Positions 18,823 to 27,836 of a DNA stretch of 64,000 nt are shown piece by piece. Location: positions 799 through 64,798 of the forward strand of contig CAZLLI010000004.1 of NCBI GenBank assembly GCA_964560355.1, written 5' to 3'. The position numbers were made by a program, and so were the translations under genes. Each line of letters starts with the position of its first letter. Within the stretch, counting starts at the first letter, position 1. The notes below the pieces were generated by a model. That model saw only the letters and a program-made list of their open reading frames with translations, searched no databases and was not told the origin of the DNA. The stretch comes from an uncultured bacterium (GTDB lineage: Bacteria; Krumholzibacteriota; Krumholzibacteriia; WVZY01; JAKEHA01).

Positions 18823-21023
18823 GGGACCGGCTTGGGCGCGGGCTCGTCGCCCTTCAAGTTGCGGTCGAAGAAGGCCGTCATCTTGCGATACAGGTGCTGG
18901 CGGTCCGCGGTGCCGGAGATGCCGTGCTCCTTCTGCGGGTAGACCATGAAGTCGAAGTCCTTGCCCGCGTCGATGAGCTTGCGCACCAGCGCGATCGAAT
19001 TCTGCACGTGGACGTTGTCGTCGGCGTCGCCGTGCATCACGAGCAGTGGATTCTTGAGCTCGCCGGCGTGCGTGAGCGTCGACGCTTCGGTGTAGCCCGC
19101 GTCGTTGTCCTGCGGCCGCTTCATGTAGCGCTCGGTGTAGATGGTGTCGTACAGGCGCCAGTCGGACACCGGCGCCACCGCGACGCCGGCCTTGAAAACG
19201 TCGGGCGCGCGGAACATCGCGTTCAGCGTCATGGTGCCGCCGTAGCTCCAGCCCCACACGCCGATGCGATCGGGGTCGACGTAGGGCTGCGAGCGCAAAT
19301 AGTCGACGCCGACCAATTGGTCTTCCAGCTCGATGGTGCCGAGCTGTTTCAGGATCGGTTCCTCCCACGCCTTGCCGCGCCCGTACGACCCGCGGTTGTC
19401 GAGGCTAAAGATCAAATATCCCTTCGACGCCATGTACGCGTGCCACAGATCTTGCCGCGACCAGCTCTTGCGCACCACTTGCGAGTGCGGGCCGCCGTAC
19501 ACGAACACGATCGCGGGGTGCTTCTTGGTGGCGTCGAAGTCGAGCGGCTTCCACAGCCGGCACTGGTAGGTGCGGCCGTCGTGCTCGATGGTGAAGAACT
19601 CCGGCGTCGAAAACTTCATCGCGGCCAGCTCGGGGCTCATTTGATCCGCGATGTCGAAGAGCTTCTTGCCTTCGACCGAGTAGACCGCGACGCGCGAGGG
19701 GCGCACGTGCGACGAATAGCGGTCGACGAAATACTTGCAGTCGGGCGAGAGCGACACGTCGTGCACGCCTTCTTCGCTGGTGATGCGCTTCAAGTTCTTG
19801 CCGCTCTCGTCGACGCGATAGAAGTGCTGCTCGACCACGCTGCCTTCGTTGGCGGAGAAGTACACGCGCCCCTTCTTCTCGTCGACGCCGTCGAGCTCGG
19901 TGACTTCCCAGTCGCCGTGCGTCACCTGGCGAATGGGCGAGCCGTCGATATTGAACAAGTACAAGTGGTGGTGCCCGTCGCGCTCGGAGCCGAGCAGGAA
20001 CTGGCGCTTGCGCTCGTAGTAGTGGCGCGCGTAGGTCACGTTGACCCAGGTCGGCGACGATTCCTCCCCGACCACGTCGGTGCGCCCGCTGGCGGCGTCG
20101 GCGAAGAGCAACGTCCAGTGGTCCTGCGCGCGATTGAGCTTCTCGATCGCGACCGCGCGGCTGTCGCCGGTCCAGTAGACGCGCGCGATGTACGAATCGT
20201 CCTCGGTGTCGACGTCGGCCCAGGTGATGGGCCCGCCCGTCGCGACCACGATGCCGACGCGCACGACCGGGTTGGGGTCGCCCGCCTTCGGGTAGTGCTG
20301 GAGCTCCGCGGTCGCGCGCACCGGAATCTGGTCGACGATGGGATACGTCGGCACCGGGGCTTCGCGAATCTCGAGGAACGCGAGGCGCGCGCCGTCGGGC
20401 GACCACCAGTGCGCGCGCACGTCGCCGCGCGTGAACAGCTCCTCCATGTAGACCCAGTCGAGAATGCCGTTGAGCACCGAGTCGGAACCGGTCGACGTGA
20501 GGCGCGTCTCCGGGTAGCCCTTCGACGAAAGATCGATGGTGTAGAGGTCGTGGTCGCGGGTGAAGGCGATGCGGCGTCCGTCGGGGGAGAAGCCGGGGTC
20601 GTTCTCGGTCCCTTCGGTGCGGGTGACGCGCGAGAGCTTCCCCTTGAGGTCGAGAAGGAACACCTCGCCGCCGAAGGCGAAGACCGCCCGCTTACCGGCT
20701 CGGTCCCATTGGTGGCTCCCGACCGCGAAGCCGGGGTGGTCGCCCTTCAAGTCGGCCGGCACCGAGACCGTGTCGGGGGAGAGGAGGACCCGCTCTCTGC
20801 CCGACGGGACCTCGCGCAGCACCAAGTCGTAGCGCGGCTTGTCGCCTTCGGTCCGGCGCAGGTAGCTCACGCCCTGGCTGTTGCCCAGCCACTCGACGGC
20901 GACCGGGATCGGCTTGAGCAGCGGCTTCTTGCCGAAGATCGATTCGATCGATAGCTCCTCGGCGCGGGCCGAGGTCGCGATGGCGGCAATGGCGAGGAGA
21001 ACGAGGGCGGCGTTTCGGCGCAT
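18819..21023 (-). CDS. S9B dipeptidyl-peptidase IV-like serine peptidase
   Basis: The signal peptide is 'ALVLLAIAAIATSARA'. An N-terminal propeller-like region is followed by the catalytic 'GVWGWSYGG'. 'HGDADDNV' and 'YPQKEHG' are also present. Confidence 0.85.
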   Translation of the reverse strand: MRRNAALVLLAIAAIATSARAEELSIESIFGKKPLLKPIPVAVEWLGNSQGVSYLRRTEGDKPRYDLVLREVPSGRERVLLSPDTVSVPADLKGDHPGFAVGSHQWDRAGKRAVFAFGGEVFLLDLKGKLSRVTRTEGTENDPGFSPDGRRIAFTRDHDLYTIDLSSKGYPETRLTSTGSDSVLNGILDWVYMEELFTRGDVRAHWWSPDGARLAFLEIREAPVPTYPIVDQIPVRATAELQHYPKAGDPNPVVRVGIVVATGGPITWADVDTEDDSYIARVYWTGDSRAVAIEKLNRAQDHWTLLFADAASGRTDVVGEESSPTWVNVTYARHYYERKRQFLLGSERDGHHHLYLFNIDGSPIRQVTHGDWEVTELDGVDEKKGRVYFSANEGSVVEQHFYRVDESGKNLKRITSEEGVHDVSLSPDCKYFVDRYSSHVRPSRVAVYSVEGKKLFDIADQMSPELAAMKFSTPEFFTIEHDGRTYQCRLWKPLDFDATKKHPAIVFVYGGPHSQVVRKSWSRQDLWHAYMASKGYLIFSLDNRGSYGRGKAWEEPILKQLGTIELEDQLVGVDYLRSQPYVDPDRIGVWGWSYGGTMTLNAMFRAPDVFKAGVAVAPVSDWRLYDTIYTERYMKRPQDNDAGYTEASTLTHAGELKNPLLVMHGDADDNVHVQNSIALVRKLIDAGKDFDFMVYPQKEHGISGTADRQHLYRKMTAFFDRNLKGDEPAPKPVP

Positions 21024-21334
21024 GGTTTCGACGACCCTTCGAAATAGGTACACGGATGGATGGGAAGCGGGACGGAAGCTTACCACGATACGGGTTGAAT
21101 CGCCCGGGGTTTCGCTCTATCATTCCCGCCCGGGTGGCTTAAACGCGGTTTCGCGGTGACTTTCCCCCTCGAGTCCTCTCTCAACTGAACGGGGCCCGTG
21201 CCCGGGAATCGAACCGTCCCCGACGGCGGGATGCGACGTAAAGAAACACGCCGGAGCTTGGAACGATTTTACTCCGACGCTCGTAATAGCCTGCAACCCA
21301 CCCAGCATTTTCCATAACAGGAGGTTAGAGGAGC

Positions 21335-24136
21335 ATGTTTCGGAAACTCGGGCTGCTCGCGGTTGCGTGCTTGATGGTCATCCCGACCACAGCCGCCTTG
21401 GCGAGCGACAACCAGGTGGTGCCCACCACCGCCGCATTGGACGTCGACGCTCCCGCGCCGGCGCCGGGGGTGACCCCCGCCAAGAAGCCGGAAGGCATGA
21501 AGCCGCGGCCGTACGCCATCGAGTTGCAGAAGAAACTCAAGAAGCCCGGCCCGCCGCCTCCCAAACCGAAGTTCAAGCCCTGGGACGAGATCGTGACCAA
21601 AGACCACAAGAAGGTCGAAGGTCTCATGACCCTCTACACCAAGGGCGAAGAAGTCCTGCTCCAGATCAGCAAGGACGACCTCGACAAGCCCATGCTCGCG
21701 ATCTTGAGCATCTCGCAGGGCATCGGGTCGAACTTCGTCTACGGTGGTCTTCCCATCGACGACGTCATGTTCGACTTCCACCGCGATGAGGACCACATCC
21801 AGATGCGTCGCCTGACGCAGAACTTCCGCGCCCCCGGCAACGAAGAGCTGCAGCGCGCGCTGAGCCTCACCTTCGCGTCTTCGATCCTGGAGAATTTCGC
21901 GATCAAGACCGAGCGCGACGGCAAGGTCATCATCGACGTGCGCGACTTCTTCCTGTCCGACATCGCCGGCATGAGCATGTATCTCGGCGCGGCGCTGAAC
22001 CAGCCCGTTCGTCTCGACAACAAGAAGGGCTACTTCGGCGGGATCAAGAACTACCCGAGCAACACCGAGATCGACACGCGCCTCACGTATTCGCCCGGCC
22101 GCCCCGAAACGACGTTCCTCCCCAACGTGCCGGACGCGCGCAGCATCCAGCTCGGCGTTGCGTGGAGCATTCGCAAGCTGCCGGAAGAGCCGATGATGCC
22201 GCGCATCGCGGATGACCGCGTCGGTTACTTCACGACCGACTTCAAGGATTTCACCAAGGAGAAGACCGAAAGCTTCTTCACGCACTATGCGAACCGCTGG
22301 CGCTTGGAGAAGAAGGACCCGACCGCGGCCGTCTCCGAGCCCAAGCAGCAGATCGTGTACTACATCGACAACACGGTGCCGAAGGAATACGCGCCGTACA
22401 TGATCGCGGGCGTCAATCTGTGGCAGAAGGCGTTCGAAGCCGCCGGCTTCAAGGACGCGATCGTCGGCAAGATGGCGCCGACCAAGGAAGAGGATCCCAA
22501 CTACGACCCCGTCGACGCGCGCTACAACACCATTCGTTGGAACGTGAACGACCAGGTGTCGTACGGCGCTATCGGACCCTCGCGCGTCGACCCGCGCACC
22601 GGCGAGATCATCGACGCCGACATTCTGTTCGAGCACAACATCGTGCACAACTTCGGCAAGAACTGGCGTCGTGTGGCGGCGCCGCGCACCGCTCTCATGG
22701 AAGTCGACCCCAACTTGAAGCAGTTGTGGATGACGCCGGAAGAGCGCGCGCAGGAACAGGCCGTGTTCAACCTGCCGTACTTCAAGAACCGGCCCTACAT
22801 GTTCTGCCAGATCGACAACTGCATGGGCCTGGGCGCCGAGATGATGCGCCTGTCGATGCTGATCGGCGGCATGATCGACGCCGGCCAGGAAGTTCCGATG
22901 GAGTACATCGGCGCCGCGCTGACGTTCGTCGCGGCGCACGAAGTCGGGCACACGCTCGGCCTTCGTCACAACTTCAAGAGCTCGAGCGCGGTTCCGTACG
23001 ACGAGCTCAACGACAAGTCGAAGATCGACCAGGTCGGCATGACGGGTTCCGTCATGGACTACCCGACGCCGAACATCGCGGCCGACGCGTCGAAGCAGGG
23101 CTACTACTATACGCCGACCGTCGGCACGGGCGACGTGTGGGCGATCACGTGGGGGTACAAGCCGGTCGACGGCGCCACCCCGCAGGAGCAGAGCAAGAAC
23201 CTCGCTTCCATCGCGGGTGAGTGCACCGAGAAGGCCCACCTCTACGGGACCGACGAGGACACCTACCCGATGGGCGCGCTGGATCCTCGCAGCAACACCA
23301 ACGACCTCTCCGACAACCCGATGAAGTGGGCGGACGAGCGCATGTCGATCTGCAACGACCTTCTCATGAGCGGCAAGCTCGAGAATCGCGTCGTGGCGGA
23401 AGGCGACGACTACGTTCCCCTGCGCACGGCCGTGCAGGCCATCTTCGCCCAGAAGTACACCTGCGCGAACATCGCGACCAAGAACATCGGCGGCGCCTAC
23501 ACCGAACGCGCCCACAAGGGCGACGGCAAGGAGCCGTTCACTCCCATCACCTCGGCCGAGCAACGCAAGGCGCTCCAGTTCGTGGTGGACAACGCGCTCA
23601 AGTCGAGCGCGTACGCCCTGTCGCCCGACATGCTGAATAAGATGCAGGACGACAAGATGTGGAGCTGGGAGAACAATCCGTTCGCGCCGGGTCGTCGTTT
23701 CGACTTCCCGCTGTCGGATTGGGTCGAAGCCATGCAGACCGGCATCTTGTTCAACGTCATGAATCCGTACTTGCAGGCGCGCGTCGTCGACAACGCCTAC
23801 AAGACCACCGACGCGTTCAAGCTGTCGGAGCTGTACGGGACGCTGACCAAGACCATCTGGACCGAAAATCTGGCGCCCAACGGCAAGACCGCGGCGTGGG
23901 ATCGCAACCTTCAGCGCGTCTACACCGACATGCTCATCCAGCAGGTCGTGACGCCGTACCCCGTCACCCCGCAAGACGCGGTGGCGCTGTCGCGGCTCAA
24001 CCTGACGCGAATCAAGAGCGCGGCCCAGTCGGGTCTCCAGCGCAAGGGCCTCGACGACGAGACCAACGCGCACTTCATGGAAACGATCGCCCGCGTGGAT
24101 CGTGCCTTGAACGCGAGCCGCGACACGAACTTCTAG
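21335..24136 (+). CDS. Large secreted zinc-dependent metalloprotease (HExxH)
   Basis: The RBS is AGGAGG. A signal peptide is present. The motif 'AAHEVGHTLGLRHNF' places HEVGH at 22937-22951. The overall look matches the DUF5117/DUF4953-type metalloproteases as I recall them. Confidence 0.8.
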   Translation: MFRKLGLLAVACLMVIPTTAALASDNQVVPTTAALDVDAPAPAPGVTPAKKPEGMKPRPYAIELQKKLKKPGPPPPKPKFKPWDEIVTKDHKKVEGLMTLYTKGEEVLLQISKDDLDKPMLAILSISQGIGSNFVYGGLPIDDVMFDFHRDEDHIQMRRLTQNFRAPGNEELQRALSLTFASSILENFAIKTERDGKVIIDVRDFFLSDIAGMSMYLGAALNQPVRLDNKKGYFGGIKNYPSNTEIDTRLTYSPGRPETTFLPNVPDARSIQLGVAWSIRKLPEEPMMPRIADDRVGYFTTDFKDFTKEKTESFFTHYANRWRLEKKDPTAAVSEPKQQIVYYIDNTVPKEYAPYMIAGVNLWQKAFEAAGFKDAIVGKMAPTKEEDPNYDPVDARYNTIRWNVNDQVSYGAIGPSRVDPRTGEIIDADILFEHNIVHNFGKNWRRVAAPRTALMEVDPNLKQLWMTPEERAQEQAVFNLPYFKNRPYMFCQIDNCMGLGAEMMRLSMLIGGMIDAGQEVPMEYIGAALTFVAAHEVGHTLGLRHNFKSSSAVPYDELNDKSKIDQVGMTGSVMDYPTPNIAADASKQGYYYTPTVGTGDVWAITWGYKPVDGATPQEQSKNLASIAGECTEKAHLYGTDEDTYPMGALDPRSNTNDLSDNPMKWADERMSICNDLLMSGKLENRVVAEGDDYVPLRTAVQAIFAQKYTCANIATKNIGGAYTERAHKGDGKEPFTPITSAEQRKALQFVVDNALKSSAYALSPDMLNKMQDDKMWSWENNPFAPGRRFDFPLSDWVEAMQTGILFNVMNPYLQARVVDNAYKTTDAFKLSELYGTLTKTIWTENLAPNGKTAAWDRNLQRVYTDMLIQQVVTPYPVTPQDAVALSRLNLTRIKSAAQSGLQRKGLDDETNAHFMETIARVDRALNASRDTNF

Positions 24137-24155
24137 TTCGCGCGCGACTCGTCGC

Positions 24156-24216
24156 GAAACAAAAAAACTCCCCCGGTCGATTCACTCGGCCGGGGGAGTT
24201 TCGTTTTGGCGCGCAA
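24156..24216. repeat. Direct repeat, left copy (hairpin / bidirectional terminator-like)
   Basis: The sequence is gaaacaaaaaaactcccccggtcgattcactcggccgggggagtttcgttttggcgcgcaa. It has 59/61 identity to 27837-27897. Confidence 0.9.
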
Positions 24217-24221
24217 AATCG

Positions 24222-24250
24222 TGGACACGCTCACGTTGCATCGGTACCAT
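24222..24250 (+). promoter_or_regulatory. Weak promoter candidate (TGGACA-17-TACCAT) implying a leaderless or very short-leader mRNA
   Basis: The hexamers are at 24222-24227 and 24245-24250. The ATG at 24258 is only 7 nt after the -10 element, and there is no clear RBS. Confidence 0.25.
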
Positions 24251-24257
24251 TCCGAAC

Positions 24258-25025
24258 ATGGAATCGCGCGCGCAAGAAGTCGATTGGACGGCGTTGATTG
24301 CCGCAGCTAGGCTGCCGCTCGGTCAACCACTGGCGGCGGTGACCTTTCACCGTGTGTTTGGAACTGCGTCGCGACCGGTGCTCATGACCTGCGACAATGG
24401 CGCTGAATTCGTGATCAAGGGCATGACCCACGATAGGACTTTGGTGACGGAACAGATAGTGGGGCGGCTTGGGCGCGTGATAGGCGCTCCCGTCGCAACG
24501 GTTGAACTGGTCTTTGTGTCTCCGGAGTTGGTGAAGGCTGAGCCCCAGCTGGCACATGTAACGCCTGGTCTGGTTCACGGCTCCAAGTGGATTGCGGATT
24601 GCACCGATAGAAGTGGCGTCGAAGTGAAGTACGCGAACATGTCGGAGAATCGCAATCGATTTGCGCTTCTGAGCGTACTCTACTCATGGGTTAGTGCGCA
24701 GGATCAGCAGTTCATTTACGAAAAGGCAGCTCCTCATCTTGTGTGGTCAGTTGATCACGGGCATTTTTTTCCAGGCGGCCCACGGTGGTCGGTTCAGTCG
24801 CTCACGGGGGTTCCTCCAGCCGTTGTTGACGGGACCTTCGCGGCGTGTGCGCTGACGCCTATTGAAATTGCCGAGGCAGTGGAAGCGCTACGCAGCGTCG
24901 CAGACCACGACATTGCCGCAGCGGTCGCCGCCATTCCTGCAGATTGGGTTTTTACCGCGGCGGAGCGCGAGGCTGTAGCGCGCTACTTGGCACGCCGCCG
25001 ATCAGAACTACTGGCATTCTTGTGA
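24258..25025 (+). CDS. HipA-like / PI3K-PI4K-fold kinase-like protein
   Basis: 'AEFVIKG' (Lys codon 24417-24419) is a candidate ATP-anchoring strand. 'VDHGHFF' (Asp codon 24753-24755) sits where the metal-binding D(F/H)G is expected. 'TEQIVGRLGRVIGAPVATVELV' resembles the HipA-like N-lobe. No profile search was run. Confidence 0.55.
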   Translation: MESRAQEVDWTALIAAARLPLGQPLAAVTFHRVFGTASRPVLMTCDNGAEFVIKGMTHDRTLVTEQIVGRLGRVIGAPVATVELVFVSPELVKAEPQLAHVTPGLVHGSKWIADCTDRSGVEVKYANMSENRNRFALLSVLYSWVSAQDQQFIYEKAAPHLVWSVDHGHFFPGGPRWSVQSLTGVPPAVVDGTFAACALTPIEIAEAVEALRSVADHDIAAAVAAIPADWVFTAAEREAVARYLARRRSELLAFL

Positions 25026-25050
25026 ACCCTCAATCGAAAGGAGGTTGTTG

Positions 25051-25854
25051 ATGCCGACCTTCTACTCCATCGCACAGTACGTCCCAAGCCCTCTGGCCGA
25101 TGAACGCATGAACTTTGCGATCATTGTAGTTGAAGGCGCCGAAGTTCGAATCAGAACAACAACTAACTGGGAGAGGTTGAAGCGCTTCGGCGATGAAGAC
25201 ATTGGATTTCTTCAGGACTTTACTGAGCATCTCCATGCCCAAGCGGACACAGAAAAGTTCCCGCTCTTTCAGCGGGAAGCAGCGCTCGCTTGGCGCGAGG
25301 AAACCATCCGAACGATCTCAAGTGAGTGGAAGAACAGCATCCAAATCACCGAGCCACGAGCATCGCTCAAGTCGGCCGATCAGCTTGTCGAAGAGTTGGT
25401 TACGCAATACTTGAGAGAACGCAAGCGCAAGTCACGTGCGCGGGACAGGAGAGCAGTGGTAAGTAAGGCGTGGTCAATACTGGAAACGAAAGCGGTAAGC
25501 ATGCGGTTGCCCTATACCAAGCTCGTGCGACGGGAGATCGTGGTCGGAGGAGTCGACAAACATCGGTTTGACATTCTTGGGCAAAATGGGTCGCTGCGTT
25601 TTGCGGCTCAAGGCCTGTCGTTTGAAGTTCCAGCTGCTCTAGAAATGGAGTCTGTGGCATGGGCGGTGGACGATGTGAGGAAGTCAGCGCCCAATTTGCC
25701 GATTTCAATTCTCTACATGCCGCCGAAAGAAACAGATGGGACGAGTGACGTTTTCGAGCGCGCTGCAAGAATATTCCCGGCGCTCGGAGCCGAATTTGTC
25801 CCTGAACTTCAAATCGAGGATTGGGCCACTCGCACGCTACAAAGCCTCAGGTAA
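25051..25854 (+). CDS. DUF3037-like protein
   Basis: ATG at 25051 is 6 nt after AAAGGAGG (25037-25044). The N-terminus 'FYSIAQYVPSPLADERMNFAIIVVEG' matches the DUF3037 signature as I remember it (Y..lryvPd..rgE..N.G.vl). Confidence 0.6.
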   Translation: MPTFYSIAQYVPSPLADERMNFAIIVVEGAEVRIRTTTNWERLKRFGDEDIGFLQDFTEHLHAQADTEKFPLFQREAALAWREETIRTISSEWKNSIQITEPRASLKSADQLVEELVTQYLRERKRKSRARDRRAVVSKAWSILETKAVSMRLPYTKLVRREIVVGGVDKHRFDILGQNGSLRFAAQGLSFEVPAALEMESVAWAVDDVRKSAPNLPISILYMPPKETDGTSDVFERAARIFPALGAEFVPELQIEDWATRTLQSLR

Positions 25855-25887
25855 GAACCGCTGCTTGTAGGTCAAATCAAGCAAGCG

Positions 25888-25926
25888 AAAACTCCCCCGG
25901 TAGGTTCGTTCGACCGGGGGAGTTTG
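25888..25926. repeat. Internal third copy of the hairpin stem (terminator-like)
   Basis: In aaaactcccccggt-aggttcgttc-gaccgggggagttt, the arms ACTCCCCCGG / CCGGGGGAGT are identical to both flanking repeats. The loop and flanks differ. Confidence 0.8.
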
Positions 25927-26012
25927 TTCTAATCTGGACACTCGCGGTGATCGTCGCTAGCATCAGCGGCGACACAAGTAAACGACCTGTTGGTGGGGAG
26001 GCGACAAACTGG

Positions 26013-27830
26013 ATGAAACCACCGCGACTAGGCAAATGGAAAAACCTTGAGGCGACTAGCGGCTTGCTTATCTTTGCCCAGGTTCTAGAGGAAATGCTCT
26101 TTAGCCACACCATTGATTCATATAAGGCATCCGCGCTCAACGTACACACAAACACCATCGAACTTGCCTTCCTCGTCTCACAGGCCAGGCTTGGACGTGT
26201 GCGCGCGGGTGCGGTCGTGCCAGTAGCACGAGAACTCGAACGTCGAATGCGCGGGCCGTCGGTAGGTCGCGTTATTGGCCGGGCGGTGGCGCATGCGTAC
26301 GCATCGGACTTGGCGCACGCCGCGTCACGCGCGGAGAACGCGGTTCGCTCGGGAGAATTCAAGCAAGTTACGGAAGCGATAGCATTGGAGCTCGCCGGCC
26401 ACTACTGGCAGTCGCTTCAAGATCTTCTCACTGAACTTGTAAACGATCCAAAGCAAAAGCAAGCCATCGTGCAACTGGCGAACGAATTTGTCGCCGAAGC
26501 GGAGATACAGGGGTATCACCGAAGCTATGTGTACTACGCAACGAGGAGGTTCTTTTTTTCAGACGATGGGGGCCCCGTTGAAATTGTCTCAGCGTCCCAA
26601 ATTGGCGATTTTTTCAGCGAGTACTTCTCCGGCGCGAAGAGAAAGTACAAAGTGATCCTTAGAGGTTCGGAGAAATTCGACGCTCTGGGCAAGTTGGGAT
26701 CACAGCTGGGGCTAGACATTTCCGAAAAGACAGACCAACCGGCTTCCGGTGGGAAAGGGAAGCTCTTTCTTGGCAAGAGTGTGCAGTACCCTCGATTTCT
26801 TACGCAGCGCGGGATCGAAGCTCGCGATCCGATGTCCGCGCTCGCGCATGCGAATAGTCTCGTCGAGATGATCGTTAGCACTCGGTGCTTCACGGAACAC
26901 TCCGTCGACCTGAAGTGGCTTCGATCGGGCTTTGTGCAAGATGAGGACACCTCTGAGGACACAATTCTGAAGGAGCTTCCCTCCGCAATGAGCCGAGGAA
27001 TAGTTCGGCTCGGCGGCCCCGGCGAGACAGACGTCAAGGACGCAATAGAGGTATTCGCTATCGAACACTTGACTGATGAAGCGTCTCATTTCCTGGCGAA
27101 GGCACTGGAGTATCACCGTGCCGCGCTGGAGATGGAGACGGCAGAAAACCAACTCCTCGATCTGTGGGCTGCATTGGAGGGTTTCCTGCCGGCCCCCGAC
27201 GACGACGGCGCGCGAATAACGCAGTATGTCTCCTACATTACGCCCCCGCTTAACCTAACATACACTCACAAGATCATGCGTTACGCATTGAAATGCCTCC
27301 TCGCCGAAGGGACGCGCGTGCGGGAGACAATCGCGAGTGTACCTATCAGTGGCGACATGGTTGCCAAAACGTGCTGTCTTCTCGTGTCTTCGGATGAGGC
27401 CACGCGTCGTGGGACCCTTTACGAGCAATTGGATCGAAATCCATTGCTACGGTTTCGCTGCTGGACGATTCACGAGCGCTTCAGTTCGTCCCATCGAGTC
27501 AAGACCTCGATCCTTGAGCACAAGGAGCGCATAGAATGGCACCTGCAGAGGATATATTCCACTCGCAATCAGATCGCGCACAGTGCCGAGGCCTTGCCGT
27601 ACCTGGATACTCTTGTTGAGAATCTGCATTCGTATTTGGACGTGCTAATACTTAGCGTTGTTCGCATCGCGACACAGGCGCGTGTTCGATGCTCCGTGGC
27701 GAGCGTTCTGAAGCTGCTCGCGATACGCGAGTCCGTAATGCTCGATGAGCTTGGCCGAAAGGATGTAGCATGTTCGAATGCAACGTTTCGCTCGATTGTG
27801 TATGGAGACAAGAACCCCTTAGTCTACTAG
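26013..27830 (+). CDS. Large protein with C-terminal HEPN-like domain (Rx4H), N-terminal ~450 aa unassigned
   Basis: The motif 'YSTRNQIAHS' (R-N-Q-I-A-H encoded at 27564-27581) lies within a predicted helical C-terminal region. The start is chosen at ATG 26013, after the hairpin and following GGGGAGG (25995-26001). The 25821 ORF start would run through the hairpin and overlap the previous gene. Confidence 0.55.
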   Translation: MKPPRLGKWKNLEATSGLLIFAQVLEEMLFSHTIDSYKASALNVHTNTIELAFLVSQARLGRVRAGAVVPVARELERRMRGPSVGRVIGRAVAHAYASDLAHAASRAENAVRSGEFKQVTEAIALELAGHYWQSLQDLLTELVNDPKQKQAIVQLANEFVAEAEIQGYHRSYVYYATRRFFFSDDGGPVEIVSASQIGDFFSEYFSGAKRKYKVILRGSEKFDALGKLGSQLGLDISEKTDQPASGGKGKLFLGKSVQYPRFLTQRGIEARDPMSALAHANSLVEMIVSTRCFTEHSVDLKWLRSGFVQDEDTSEDTILKELPSAMSRGIVRLGGPGETDVKDAIEVFAIEHLTDEASHFLAKALEYHRAALEMETAENQLLDLWAALEGFLPAPDDDGARITQYVSYITPPLNLTYTHKIMRYALKCLLAEGTRVRETIASVPISGDMVAKTCCLLVSSDEATRRGTLYEQLDRNPLLRFRCWTIHERFSSSHRVKTSILEHKERIEWHLQRIYSTRNQIAHSAEALPYLDTLVENLHSYLDVLILSVVRIATQARVRCSVASVLKLLAIRESVMLDELGRKDVACSNATFRSIVYGDKNPLVY

Positions 27831-27836
27831 TCTATT

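Noticed and set aside
21087-21334. A GGGAATCGAACC string (about 21203-21214) and a GGGGGAAAGTC-like string on the minus strand, suggestive of a tRNA T-arm or the RNase P P4 helix.
   Set aside because: No cloverleaf can be built because the flanking 5-bp stems do not pair, and the RNase P-like match is only 8 nt. I treat the region as the divergent promoter/5'-UTR region between the DPP-IV-like and metalloprotease genes.
25821-26012. An N-terminal extension of the HEPN-tailed ORF, starting at 25821 in the ORF track.
   Set aside because: It would overlap the end of the DUF3037-like gene and translate straight through the stable hairpin at 25888-25926. The encoded peptide is low-complexity. ATG 26013 with an upstream GGGGAGG is more plausible.
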